Positions 48,301-59,572 of a stretch of 64,000 bases of DNA are shown in pieces. The position numbers were made by a program, and so were the translations under genes. The stretch's first letter is position 1, and each line of letters begins with the position of its first letter. The notes under the pieces were generated by a model. That model was not told where the DNA came from, made no database searches, and saw only the letters and a program-made list of their open reading frames with translations. Origin of the DNA: Azolla caroliniana (taxonomy: Eukaryota > Plantae > Polypodiophyta); NCBI GenBank assembly GCA_043228905.1, contig JBHGNT010000003.1, positions 8,618,001 to 8,682,000 of the forward strand, read 5' to 3'.

Positions 48301-50318
48301 TAGTCCTTGTCCTCCGAGCGGGGACTTCGACACCAATCTTCACGGGCTGAACTGTTTCTTCAACTCGTATGCTCGGCTCCCCTTTTTGGCTTGCTTCTCG
48401 TTCCTCCGTTTGTAAAGGTCGACTCGTCTCCGCATCGTCCTTCTTTTTTGAGTTCCTTGTTTCATGTCTTTTTGATGGTCCTTGCTCTTCTATTCTTTTT
48501 CTCTTTTCTTCGACAAACACCTCGTGGTTGTCGCACATCACCTCCGCGAGTATGGTGTTATCATCCACCAGATCCGACCACCCGATTATGCTTTGCACGC
48601 TTCGGTCCGCAAGCTCTACCTCGTTCGATGTAACCTTCCCCATCTTCTCATACTTGAGAACGGAAGACCAAAACTTGGCTCCCACTTTCGCAGCTTCATT
48701 TCTGTCTTTCCCGACTCTTATTCCGGCCGACACAGCATAGTGCCTCGCATTCACATGAGTCGCATCAGCATCCTCCATAGCTTTCTTCATTCCTCCTCTT
48801 CCGAAATTCACCCGTAGGGGTCTTCTAGTCTCGCTCGAGCAGATCATGTTGTCATCTATGTACACGATATTTTGTCGGATCGCCTCTCGAAGGCTCGCGC
48901 AATACCTTCTCATGTGGTCCATGCTATTGCACCACACGCATCTAAAGGGTTCTTTTCCTTTGGGCCCCCGACGATTCATGTTGGCTAGTGTGACCGCCTC
49001 AAACTTCTTCGCCAGTTCTTTGATGATGTTGTCATCAATCTTCTTTTCTTCCGGGCTGCTTTGTTTGGGCGGCTCAACTACTTTCGGTTGTCTTATTTTC
49101 TCCGCAACAGTCGATCCTGCCAAGTCGGTGTCATCAACCCACTGACGACACTTGTCGAGCCTATTGCATGCCTGCTTCACCGCGATCAAGTCTGCTACGA
49201 GCCCATTTTCTTGGGTATTGTCTTCGAGAAGAGTCCCCAACTCCTGTCTATCCTTCATGTCCACGGCCTTCAAGAAGTACAAAGTCTTGTCCTCTCCAAG
49301 CAACACTTGGTCCGTGTTGGGGAGACGACTAAACATCTGGTTAAATTCGTCGTACACCCTCGAGGCGCTCATCTTCTTATTCTTCTTCTCTATCCACTTC
49401 ATCAGGGCATGTCGAGTCATCCTCGTTTAGTCTTCAGTCGTGAACTCCGCTAGTATCGTTTTCTCGAACTCAGACCATGTTGTCTTACCTTCTTGAAGCT
49501 CGATGACGCGTCTTTGGATGTTGTTGGCGACAACTCTCTTGAAGCTTGCGATTTGACTTGCTTCGAACACGTCTCTCTGATTCATCTCCCTTCTATATGT
49601 GTCAAGGAACTTCGTAACGTTCCTTCCATCGAATTGGCCCTCGAGCTCTACAACACGATCGACAACCTTCTCCACGCTCGCATCGTTGTCCCGAGATCTC
49701 ATCATTTGCTCGACGATTAGCATCATCCTTTCAAGCTCTCCCGCTTGATTGCTTGAGGATGCCATCTCCAAGTATCGGTTGATCCTCGACTTGATCCTTC
49801 CTACCGCCTCTTTCACGTCAGGTTCACCACTTTATTATGTCGTGAAGATCCGTCACTACGCGCGGATCGTGAGGCAGAACCGCCGAGGTTCTGGACCGGA
49901 AGGACTTGAAGTTGGCGCAAGCTTTGGCGAGAAAGTACTTAAGCTAGATTGAAAGAGAGAGAGAGAGCTTGAGATAGAATAGAACGCTTGACTTTAGATT
50001 GAGAGAGATTAAGATTGAACTCTTGATTTAGATTTTAAGAAACAAGTTACACGATCAATTCAATAACGAATTCTCTTCTTCTTAATTTCATCACCAAAAA
50101 AAGCCTAACCCTTCTTCTTTTTCATCCCTTCTTTTGTAGATGCTCTCATGCATATGATGCATGTGAGGGTACAAGACATGCATAAAATGCATGTTTGCCA
50201 TTTGGCGCTCATGTATTACATGTGGTGCATGTTAACCATGTCACTCAAATTAGCTCTCATGTATGAGAATTCCCATGTAAAAGTACAATGATAGAAATAT
50301 AATTTCAACTAAATATCT

Positions 50319-50372
50319 TGGCTTAGTGGTAAGCCAATTGACTCCTAACTTGGAGGTGCAAGGTTTGAATCC
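50319..50372 (+). promoter_or_regulatory. tRNA-like A/B box module in P2 5' LTR
   Basis: TGGCTTAGTGG ... GGTTTGAATCC, with starts 43 nt apart. Stems TTGGCTT/AAGCCAA, CTCC/GGAG, AAGG/CCTT. Followed by (TA)n(TATG)n. Confidence 0.72.
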
Positions 50373-50388
50373 TTATACTTGTCCTCCT

Positions 50389-50450
<62 letters not shown>

Positions 50451-51877
50451 TGTATTTATATATTTATTTATCTAGTCGTCGGTTCGTCGGATGTTGTCGC
50501 CTCGTCGGCGCCGGATGCCGGTGGCTACCGCCTTCGTTGTTTGTCGTCGCCTCGCCGGCGCCGGATGCCGCCAATTACCGGTGGTCACCACCTCGCTGGT
50601 TGCCGCCGGATGTCAGTTACGCCGGATCACCGGTTGCCGATGTGCCACCGTCGCTTTGCCGGCTGCCGCCGGATCACCAGCTCCATCGTCGGTCCGGTTT
50701 TGGTTAGCCAAAACTTTTACAAGTGGTTAGGCCACCTCCACTCTTAATTCAAGTTACCTTGAACTCTCTATGCTCCACACATAGACACAAAGATAATAGC
50801 TTTTGTTCTATCTTATATATAATCAGAGCCGTATTTGTCGTGCCTATGTGGGATATCTCACAGTTTTCTCTTTTCCTTTCACAAACTTTATACCCTCATA
50901 TCTTCACATCTAGTTGTTCGTTTCTCGTGTAATAAAGTGCATTCAAAAGCTCTTGAAGGCCTCCATCATTTTGTACTTATATATTAAACTTATTTAAAAT
51001 GTTATCTTCACTATTATTGTTTTATGTGATTCATACTCGATTTTGTACGTTTTATGTGATTTTCACATCATTGCCGAAAATCTTCACAACAACGTGACAC
51101 ATCCTTTCCGTCGAATTCCCCGTTTCTTTGCACAAGCCGCGCTACTGCCAATTTCATCTCCGACATTGTGCGTTGCTCTTCTTGCATCCACTTAATCATC
51201 ATCATCATCATATTCATCACTTCTTGTTGATTCTCCATCTCCTTACCACCCCTCTTCACATCGGGTTCACCACTTGTGTCGTACCTTTTGGCACCATATC
51301 GTTTTCATGAGTCGGGTGGGAACCGCTAGGGTTTTGGACTAGGAAGAGGAAGAATTTGAGGCGATTTTAATTATGAATAGATTATTATAAACTTGTAAAT
51401 CCCACAAGTATAATATATTTTATTAATCGGTATTTAAATAAGAATATGTATTTAGATTGAAAGAAAGATATAAGAAACTTGTGAATCCCACAAGTATAGA
51501 TTATATTATTTTCGTGAATCCCACGATTATATTAATTGGTTGGTGTTTTCAGAAATATATCCAATTTCCAAGTATTTCACACCCCCGTTACATTATGCTC
51601 CCCATCCTTATGTAGTGATGAGGGAGTCTTAGCAATCCATGCTTTTTCTTCTCTAACTATAGACTCCATGCTTTTCCTCTAGATAGACTATATGCTTTAT
51701 CTAAAGTGATCATGCTTTTTCTAACTTGTGCGTTTTTTATCAACTATAGCGTTCATGCACGCTAGATGTGCATGCGTAGCTTTTTCTTTTAGCATGCGTT
51801 TTCTTTTAACTAAAGTTTATCCTAGGTGAACTAGCTTTTCTATGTGGAACATCTATTTTTTAACATTGATGAAATGC

Positions 51878-51931
51878 TAGTGCAATGGTAAGACATTACA
51901 TTATTAACATGGAGGTGCAAGGTTCGAATCT
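51878..51931 (+). promoter_or_regulatory. tRNA-like A/B box module in P3 5' LTR
   Basis: TAGTGCAATGG ... GGTTCGAATCT. Confidence 0.7.
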
Positions 51932-52161
51932 TGCCCTATGCATGTTATATATTTTTTAATATTTTCTACTATTTATTCATATTTATTAAATCGGTACTTT
52001 ATAAGTTTTTCACGTAGTGTACGAAATACACTACGACACCGCGCAACAACAGGAATCACAGCAACAACCAACAGTGCAGCTGCCGGAGCAACGGTCACAA
52101 CCAATGGAGCAGCTACAGTAGGAGCAGCAACAGCAGTAGCTTTCCGAAGAACCCTTAGAAC

Positions 52162-55100
52162 TGACAGGAACTACACGCTCCCGATGAACAACGCTCGGCC
52201 ACAACCGAGCTTAGAATCAAACACAGAAAACGGATAGTGAACGCACGACACAAAGGAGAGAAGAGTACACAAGATGTTTAACGTGGAAAACCCTGAGAGG
52301 GAAAAACCACGGGAGTTCATAGACTCCAAACTATCACTATATCACAATGATTACAACAATGAGCTCACAGAGGCAACGACCTCGTGCTCACAATCTTCGC
52401 CACAGGCGGCAGTTACAACAGAGGCAACGACCTCTTCCTCTCTCTCTCTCTCTCTGTACACTGTTACGCGCTCTCTAGTCTTGCGCCAACAAGAATGACA
52501 ACAACCATGTAAAAGAGTTTGTCCTAAGTCATATTTATACTAATATGACTTTCCGGCTATTTACAAATATAGCCCCGATGGACTCTCAGAAACATATTTA
52601 CGAATATATCCCTTCATCCGGTGAGCACTCCTCACCGGGCCTGCATCATCCGGCGCTTGCCGGGCACTCATCATCTAGTTCTCACCGGGTCTTCCGTTGC
52701 CGGGTCTCCACCATCTGGCTCTCACCGGGTCTTCCGTTGTCGGGTACTCCTCATCCGGTTCTCACTGGGTCATCCCATCCGGAGGGACCTGTTTCCTAAC
52801 AAACTCCCCCTTCACTCCGGCATGGGATGTCTTTGTAGTCCGACCCGCTTCCGACATGCATCCAGCTTGTCAGGTGTCAGTACTTTGGTCAGCATATCTG
52901 ACCCGTTCTCGGCCGTATGGATCTTCGTCAGTGCGAACTCCTAGTCATCTACTCTTTCCCAAATCCAGTGATACCTTCGCTAGATATGCTTCGTCCAGAA
53001 ATGGTAGGCCGCATTCTTAGCAAGGTGGATGGCACTTTGATTGTGCAATAGAGCCGGTATTCATCTTGCCGGATACCGAGCTCTCCGATGAAGTCCTTCA
53101 TTCATAATATTTCCTTGCCGACTTCCACAGCCGCCATGTACTCCGCCTCCGTGGTTGACAACGCAACCGTCTTCTGCAACCTCGACTACGACGAAACAGC
53201 TCCCCCTGCATATGTCATTACATACCCGGATGTAGACTGGCCAGTATCCACATCAACCAACATGTCTGAATCGATAAAACCGTCAAGTTCAGGTTTTCCG
53301 GAGCCGAATCGGAGACACATATTTGAAGTGCCCTTCAAGTACCAAAGCATCCATTTGACCGCATTCCAGTGCTCCTTGCCAGGATTGCTCATAAACCGGC
53401 TCACCACTCCGACTGCGTATCCTATATCCGGTCGGGTACACACCATTGCGTACATTAAGCTCCCGACAACAGAGGCATATGGAACCTTCATCATATCCGC
53501 CTTCTCGGCTTTCGTCTTCGAGCTTTGCTTACCGGATACCCTGCAGTTTGCCGGAAGTGTCAATCCGACCTGTTCCGCATCTGATATGTTGAACCGCTGA
53601 AGCACCTTTGTCACGTATTTCTCCTGTGATAGCCACAGTTGCTTCGTTGGCCGGTTCCGGATGATATGCATCCCCAGCATCTGTCTTGCCGGACCCAAGT
53701 CTTTCATCGCAAAGGTTCGGTTGAGAGCCTTCTTCAGCATCCGTATTTTGGCTTGGTCCCATCCGAGGATCAACATGTCGTCCACGTATAGAAGGAGTAT
53801 TAGGAAGTCGCCTCCTTCGAACTTCTTCACAAACACGCAGTGTTCGGTCTGCGTCTTGTGGTACCCTTGATTGGTCATGAAGGAGTTGAACTTCCGGTAC
53901 CATTGTCGGGGAGCCTGCTTCAGTCTGTATAGGCTCTTCTTCAACCGGCATACCAGGTGCTCCTTCCCCTTCTCCACGAATCCTTCCGGTTGCTGCATGT
54001 AGATCTCCTCTTCGAGGTTACAATGAAGGAATGTCGTCTTCACGTCCAGCTGCTCTACCTCGAGGTCCATTCTTGCCGCTATACTCAACACCGTTCGGAT
54101 GGAGGTCATCTTTACTACCGGGGCAAATATCTCGTCGAAGTCCACGCCCTTCTTTTGCTAGAACCCCTTCACCACGATCTTAGCTTTGTATCTCGGGGGG
54201 TTGTCGGCATCTCCCGGTTTCAACTTGTACACCCACTTATTTCGGAGTGCCCGCTTTCCTTTCGGCAACTCCACCAATTCGTATGTATGGTTCTCATGCA
54301 GGGAATCCATCTCATCCTACATGGCACTTAACCATTTGCGGTTGTGGGTGTCATCCTTCGCTTCTTCGAAGCTTTCTAGCTCCCCCTCATCGGTTAGCAG
54401 CACATGCTCTGCATCCGGAAATCTCCGGGGGGGCCTTCTCTCTTGAGAGGATATCTCCGTCTTTGGGCTTCGGTAACCGGGCCCTCCATTCGCTCTTCAT
54501 CCGAATCTGATTCGGGGTCTTGGCCAGTTTCAGCTTCCTCTACTTCTTCTTCTGCCGGTTCGGTATCCTCACCGTAACCGGCTGGTCCCTCGAGTACTAA
54601 CCGGTCTCTTGCCGGTTGGGTCTGCTCATCGTAGAATTGATCCCTACCGGTCGACTTGGGGTTCATTATCTTCTTCTCCGACACCCAGTCAGCGAGCGTC
54701 TTGTCCTCCATGAAGATAATATCTCGACTCCGGAATACCTTCTTGTCGACCGGGTCCCACACTCAGTAGCCGAACTCATCATCGTTGTAACCGAGGAATA
54801 TGCATGGTCGGGTCTTTGGATCTAAATTTCCTCTTCGATCATTAGCTACATGCACGTACGCGAGACACCCGAACACCTTCAGATGCCGGTAGGACACTTC
54901 CTTACCGGTCCACACTCTCTGTGGCGTGTCTCCGTCCAAGGGTACTGAGGGTGATCTATTTATCACATATGTCTCCGTCGACAATGCCTCAACCCAAAAC
55001 TTCTTGGGTAGTTTTGCATGCGCTAGCATACTCCGGACCCTCTCCATTATGGTCCGGTTCATCCTCTCGGCCAGTCCGTTTAGTTCCGGCGTCTTCGGCA

Positions 55101-57626
55101 CGGTAAATTCGAGCCGGATTCCCTTCGAGCGATAGTACTCCTCGAACTGCCCCCGGTATTCTCCTCCATTATCTACTCGAACCGCCTTCAACTTCCTGCT
55201 GGTTTCTCTTTCCACTCTCGCGTGGAGCTCTTTGAAGACGAATAGCACTTGATCCTTCGTCTTCAACGGTGTGGCCCACAGCTTCCGGCTGTTGTCATCT
55301 ATGAACGTCACGAAGTACTACGCTCCGGCATGTGACTTCGTGTCTACTTGACACACATCCGTATGCACCAAATCCAGTGGTGCATTACGTCTCATCGATG
55401 GCCTTGGTCGGAAGGAGGTCCGGTTTTGCTTACCGGCCAGACAATCAGTGCACTTCTCCAAGTGCACGTTCTTCACTGGAATGAGGTTGTCGTCTGCAAG
55501 CCTCTTCATCCCCTTCTCGCTCATATGACACAACCTCTTGTGCCACAGCTCACCGGCAGTGTCGGATGCCACGTTCACTTCCTCCGGACATAACCGGGCA
55601 TTCATGAGGTACAAGGTGTTTACCTTCCGGGCCCGAGCCACAATCAGGCTCCCTTTGCTGAACTTCATGACACTGTTCCGGATGCTACCCGTGTAGCCTT
55701 CATCATCTAGCCGACTGGCTGATATCAGGTTTAGACGAACCTCCAGAACATGTCGAACATCCTTCAGCAGCATCTTGCATCCGGTTGGTGTTGACAGCCT
55801 CACGTCTCCTATGCCGACAATTCGACATGTACCTTCATTCCCCATCCGGACACAGTCGTGATCGCCGGCTGAGTAGGAAGAGAAGCATTTCCGGTTTGGG
55901 GTGAGGGGGAACGACGCTCCGGAGTATACCACCCAGGTCATCTCGTCGCCGGCAAGGTTTATCTCACTCTCCTCGGTGATGAGCATCAACTCTTCTTCAC
56001 TTGCCGCGATTGCCGTCGTTCCCTTCCGGTCCGGCCCCCTCCGGTCTTTACTGTTCCGGTCCGGGGTCCGCTTCGAATCGGTATCGTCGGTTTCCTTGTC
56101 TTTTGAGAAATGCTGACAGTTCTTCTGGAAGTGTCCCGGCTTGCCGCAATAGAAGCAAGTAGGCCTCCCCCTTGACTTTGACCGTGTCCCCGACTTCTCC
56201 CGGTTCTGGGGACTACGGTTTCTATGTCTTCCGCGTTCTGATTCGGTAAGGAGCGCTTTGGAATCAGAGCTGGTATCTTTATCTTTCCGACGCGCCTCCT
56301 CATCTAGCAAGCTCGACTTCATTGTTGTTAGGGATAACCGTTTCCCTTCCGGCCCGGCGTTGCCCAAGGTGACAACCAACGTCTCCCAACTATCTGGGAG
56401 GGAACCGAGCAGGAGTAGTGCTAGTACCTCATCGGCGAGAGGTACCTCCAATGATGTTGCCTGGTGGATCAGCCCCTGGAAGGCATTCATGTGCTCCGCC
56501 ATGCTGGAGCCATCTTGGTACCGGAGTCTTACTAGCTTCCGTAATACCGAAACCTGATTAACAGCATTTTTGTTTTGAAACATTATGCCGATCTTCTCCC
56601 AGAGCTCATGAGCCTTGCTCTCTTCATTGAAGTTGTTGTATAGGCTCATGTCGATGAAGCACCATATGTACGCCGTTGTCTTCATGTGCATCACCTCCCA
56701 TATTGTGGCGTCGATGTTGTCTGGTCTCTTGTCCCCGAACTGAACCGGTAACCAAAGATCTTTAACCACGAGCATGTCCCTCATCTTCGACTTCCACACT
56801 AAATAGTTGGAGCCGGTGAGCTTAAACATGCCGCCAAATGATTCGTCCATTTTCTGTGTCGTCTCGCTCTAATACCAGTTGACGGGAACTAAACGCTCCT
56901 TATGCGCAACGCTCGGCCACAACCGAGCTTAGAATCATACACAGAAAACGGGAAATAAAACACGACACAAAGAAGAGAGGTGTACACAGGATGTTTAACG
57001 AGGAAAACCCCAAACTAGGGGAAAAACCACAGTAGCCCACAGGCTGCAAACTATCACTATGTTAGTATGTACAACAGTGAGTTCACGGAGGCAACGACCT
57101 CGTGCTCACGATCTTCGCCACAAGCGGCGGTTACAACAGAGGCAACGACCTCTTTCTCTCTCTCTCTCTCATTGTACACAATTATGCGTTCTCTCTTTTC
57201 TTGCACCAACAAGAATGTCAACAACAGCTACGCCATACTAAAAGTTTGCCCTAAGTCATATTTATACTAATATGACTTTTCGGCTATTTACAAATATAGC
57301 CTCGATGGACTCTCAGAAACATATTTACGAATATGTCTCTTCATCCGGTGAGCATTCCTCACCGGGTCTACACCATCCGGCTCTCCGTAGTCGGGTACTC
57401 CTCATCCGGTTCTCACCGGGTCTGCACCATCCGGCTCTCCGTAGCCGGGTACTCCTCATCCAGTTCTCACCGGGTCTGCACCATCCGGCTCTCCGTAGCC
57501 GAGTACTCCTCATCCGGTCCTCACCGGGTCTGCACCATCGGGCTCTCCGTAGCCGGGTACTCCTCATCCGGTCTTCACCGGGTCTATTCTTCTCCTATCC
57601 CATCCGGAGGGACCTGTCTCCCAACA
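52162..57626 (-). mobile_element. C1b: structurally complete but chimeric copia (LTRs 52162-52801 and 56880-57626; gag-pol 52812-56850 with stops)
   Basis: PBS-Met 56866-56877, PPT at 52802, CFYCGKPGHFQKNC. LTRs are divergent and the flanks AGAAC/AGTCA do not match. Confidence 0.9.
57345..57585. repeat. 54-bp CCGG-rich tandem repeat (over 4 units) in C1 U3
   Basis: CTCACCGGG recurs at 57358, 57412, 57466, 57520. Confidence 0.9.
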
Positions 57627-59572
57627 AGTCATAGCGGCGCCAGAAGTCGGCAAGAGAAGGCCGCAATGGATGGTTGGTATTGTGGCAAGAAAGGCCACAA
57701 AGAGAGTGAGTGTTGGAAAAAAAGAGTTGATTCGGATAAAGCCGGATCGAGCGGAAGAGACGCGGGAAGGCGTCAGAAATCGCACTACACCGAGGGCTCC
57801 GAACGAGCCTGAAATGGATCTGGTACAGCCTTTGTAATGAAGCACAAGTCCAATTCGATGGTCGTGAACAATTTCGAAATCGAGCGAGGTGTGGTATGTT
57901 GATTCCGGAGCGTCAAATCATATGACAAGTCATGAGGAATGGTTCTCGTACTTGGAGAAACCGGAAAAACAAGGAGTGGTCGAAACGGGACACGACACTC
58001 CGCATACCATCGAACATGTCGGCAAAGTTCCCCTCAGGCACGTCGGGCACAAAGGGAAACTCATGAACATGTTGCACGTCCCGACAATAACCAAGAACCT
58101 GGTGTCAGTCAAACAGATCGTCGACCAGGGGATGCAAGTTTGATTCATGCACCTTGGGTGCTACATCGAAGAGGAAGGCCAAGTTATCGCGCAAGGGCTC
58201 TGTGAAGGGAGGTTGTTCATCCTCGACACCAACCAAGCCGGAACTGCGTTGTTCGCGAAAGGATAGAATGTTGAAATGGATATCGACCTATGGCACAAGT
58301 GGTTCGGCCACGTTAACTTCCCACGGCTTCATGAAATGCAGATGAAGAACATTGTTTTCGGTTTGCCGAAATTTCGTGGTCGGGATGGCCAAGTCTGTGA
58401 AGCCTGCCAACTCGGGAAGCAACACCGACTTCCATTCCCAAATGAGCGTAATCGTAGTTGAAATACATTGGATTTGATCCATTTGGATGTGTGGTGACCA
58501 GCACAGAACATGAGTCTCAGTGGAAGCGTTTACTCCATAACATTCATCCATGACTTCACTCGGCATACCTAGGCATGCTTGATCGCGAAAAAGAGCGAAG
58601 TCTTCGCGTGTTTCCTGAAGGTGAAAAGCCTTGCAGAAAGGGAAACAGGGCGTAAGATCAAGTGCCTACGGTCTGATGGCGGGAAGGAGTACTTCTCCGA
58701 TCAATTCACGAGTTATCTACAGAAGGAGGGAACTCGACGCGAATTCTCGTGTGGATATACGCCAGAGCAGAACAACGTAGCTAAGCGGAAGAATTGGACA
58801 ATCGAAGAAACCACTAGGGCAATGCGTGAAGAGAAGCATATGACGAAGTTTTACTCGGTTAAAGCCATAAGGATGGTTGTTTACTTGCAGAATCGGACCT
58901 CTGCTAATGGAGGAGTGTCGCCACATGAGTTGTATTTCGGAAAGAAGCCGAACTTGGCACACTTGAGGATTTTCGGCAGCATTGCGTATGTGCATGTGCC
59001 GAAGGAGAAACGGAGGAAGCTGAACGCCAAAGCCAAAAAATGCATCTTGGTTGGCTACTCGGACGAACAGAAGGGTTATAGGTGTTATAACCCCCAAACC
59101 AAACAAGCTCACGCAAGTCGTGCCATTGTGTTCGACAAGTCTGCATCGTGGTACTTGCCTTCAACTCCAACCCCTAACTAATCCATTCTGAATTCTAATG
59201 ATGATGTTAGCGAGGCTGAGATGCCTTTGCATGATGAGGATATCAGAGCTCTGAGAGAGAGTCCAATCTCATTTCGGCTAAGCGGGCCGAATAAGGGGTT
59301 GGGCTGAGATGGTCGACCTTTTGAAGAACTGGCGAGTAGTGCAGACTCTGTCGTGTTGTCCCCGCGTAAAGAACCGAGGAGATGGTTTACGCATAAAGAA
59401 AAAGGGAAGAAGAAAATGTCGGAGTACGATTTTGGTAGTCCCAAGTCAGATCAGAGCAAATCTGACTCCAGGCCAATTGAGAAGGAACCTCCGCGGAAGA
59501 GGTCGAAGTCGGTCGAGAGGACCGCGAAATCGGCTAATCACGAATTACGCCGATCTACCCGCCTAAAGAACC
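57627..59572 (+). pseudogene. C2c: internal copia fragment (gag end, protease, integrase)
   Basis: WYCGKKGHKESEC, WYVDSGASNH, RSDGGKEY, with stops. Confidence 0.88.

Larger units (their letters stand above)
28403..51091 (-). mobile_element. P2: decayed autonomous non-chromovirus gypsy (5' LTR 49838-51091; truncated 3' LTR 28403-about 28660)
   Basis: PBS-Trp 49812-49829, gag 48132-49770 with CVWCNSMDHMRRYC, RT 33300-34500 (LPQG, FLDDI), integrase 28653-29460. 4-bp flanks GCGT/ACGT restore the host frame DVSRYLCEY. Confidence 0.88.
25767..52038 (-). mobile_element. P3: gag-only LTR element (3' LTR 25767-26495, 5' LTR 51277-52038) hosting P2 and deeper insertions
   Basis: Matching LTRs, PBS-Trp at about 51255-51272, PPT GGAGGGGGCGAG, 4-bp flanks CCGT/CCGC. 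The host Q-rich ORF continues across it. Confidence 0.88.

Noticed and set aside
50390-50470. (TA)n/(TATG)n and (CT)n/(AG)n microsatellites as independent features
   Set aside because: They are internal, length-variable parts of LTRs.
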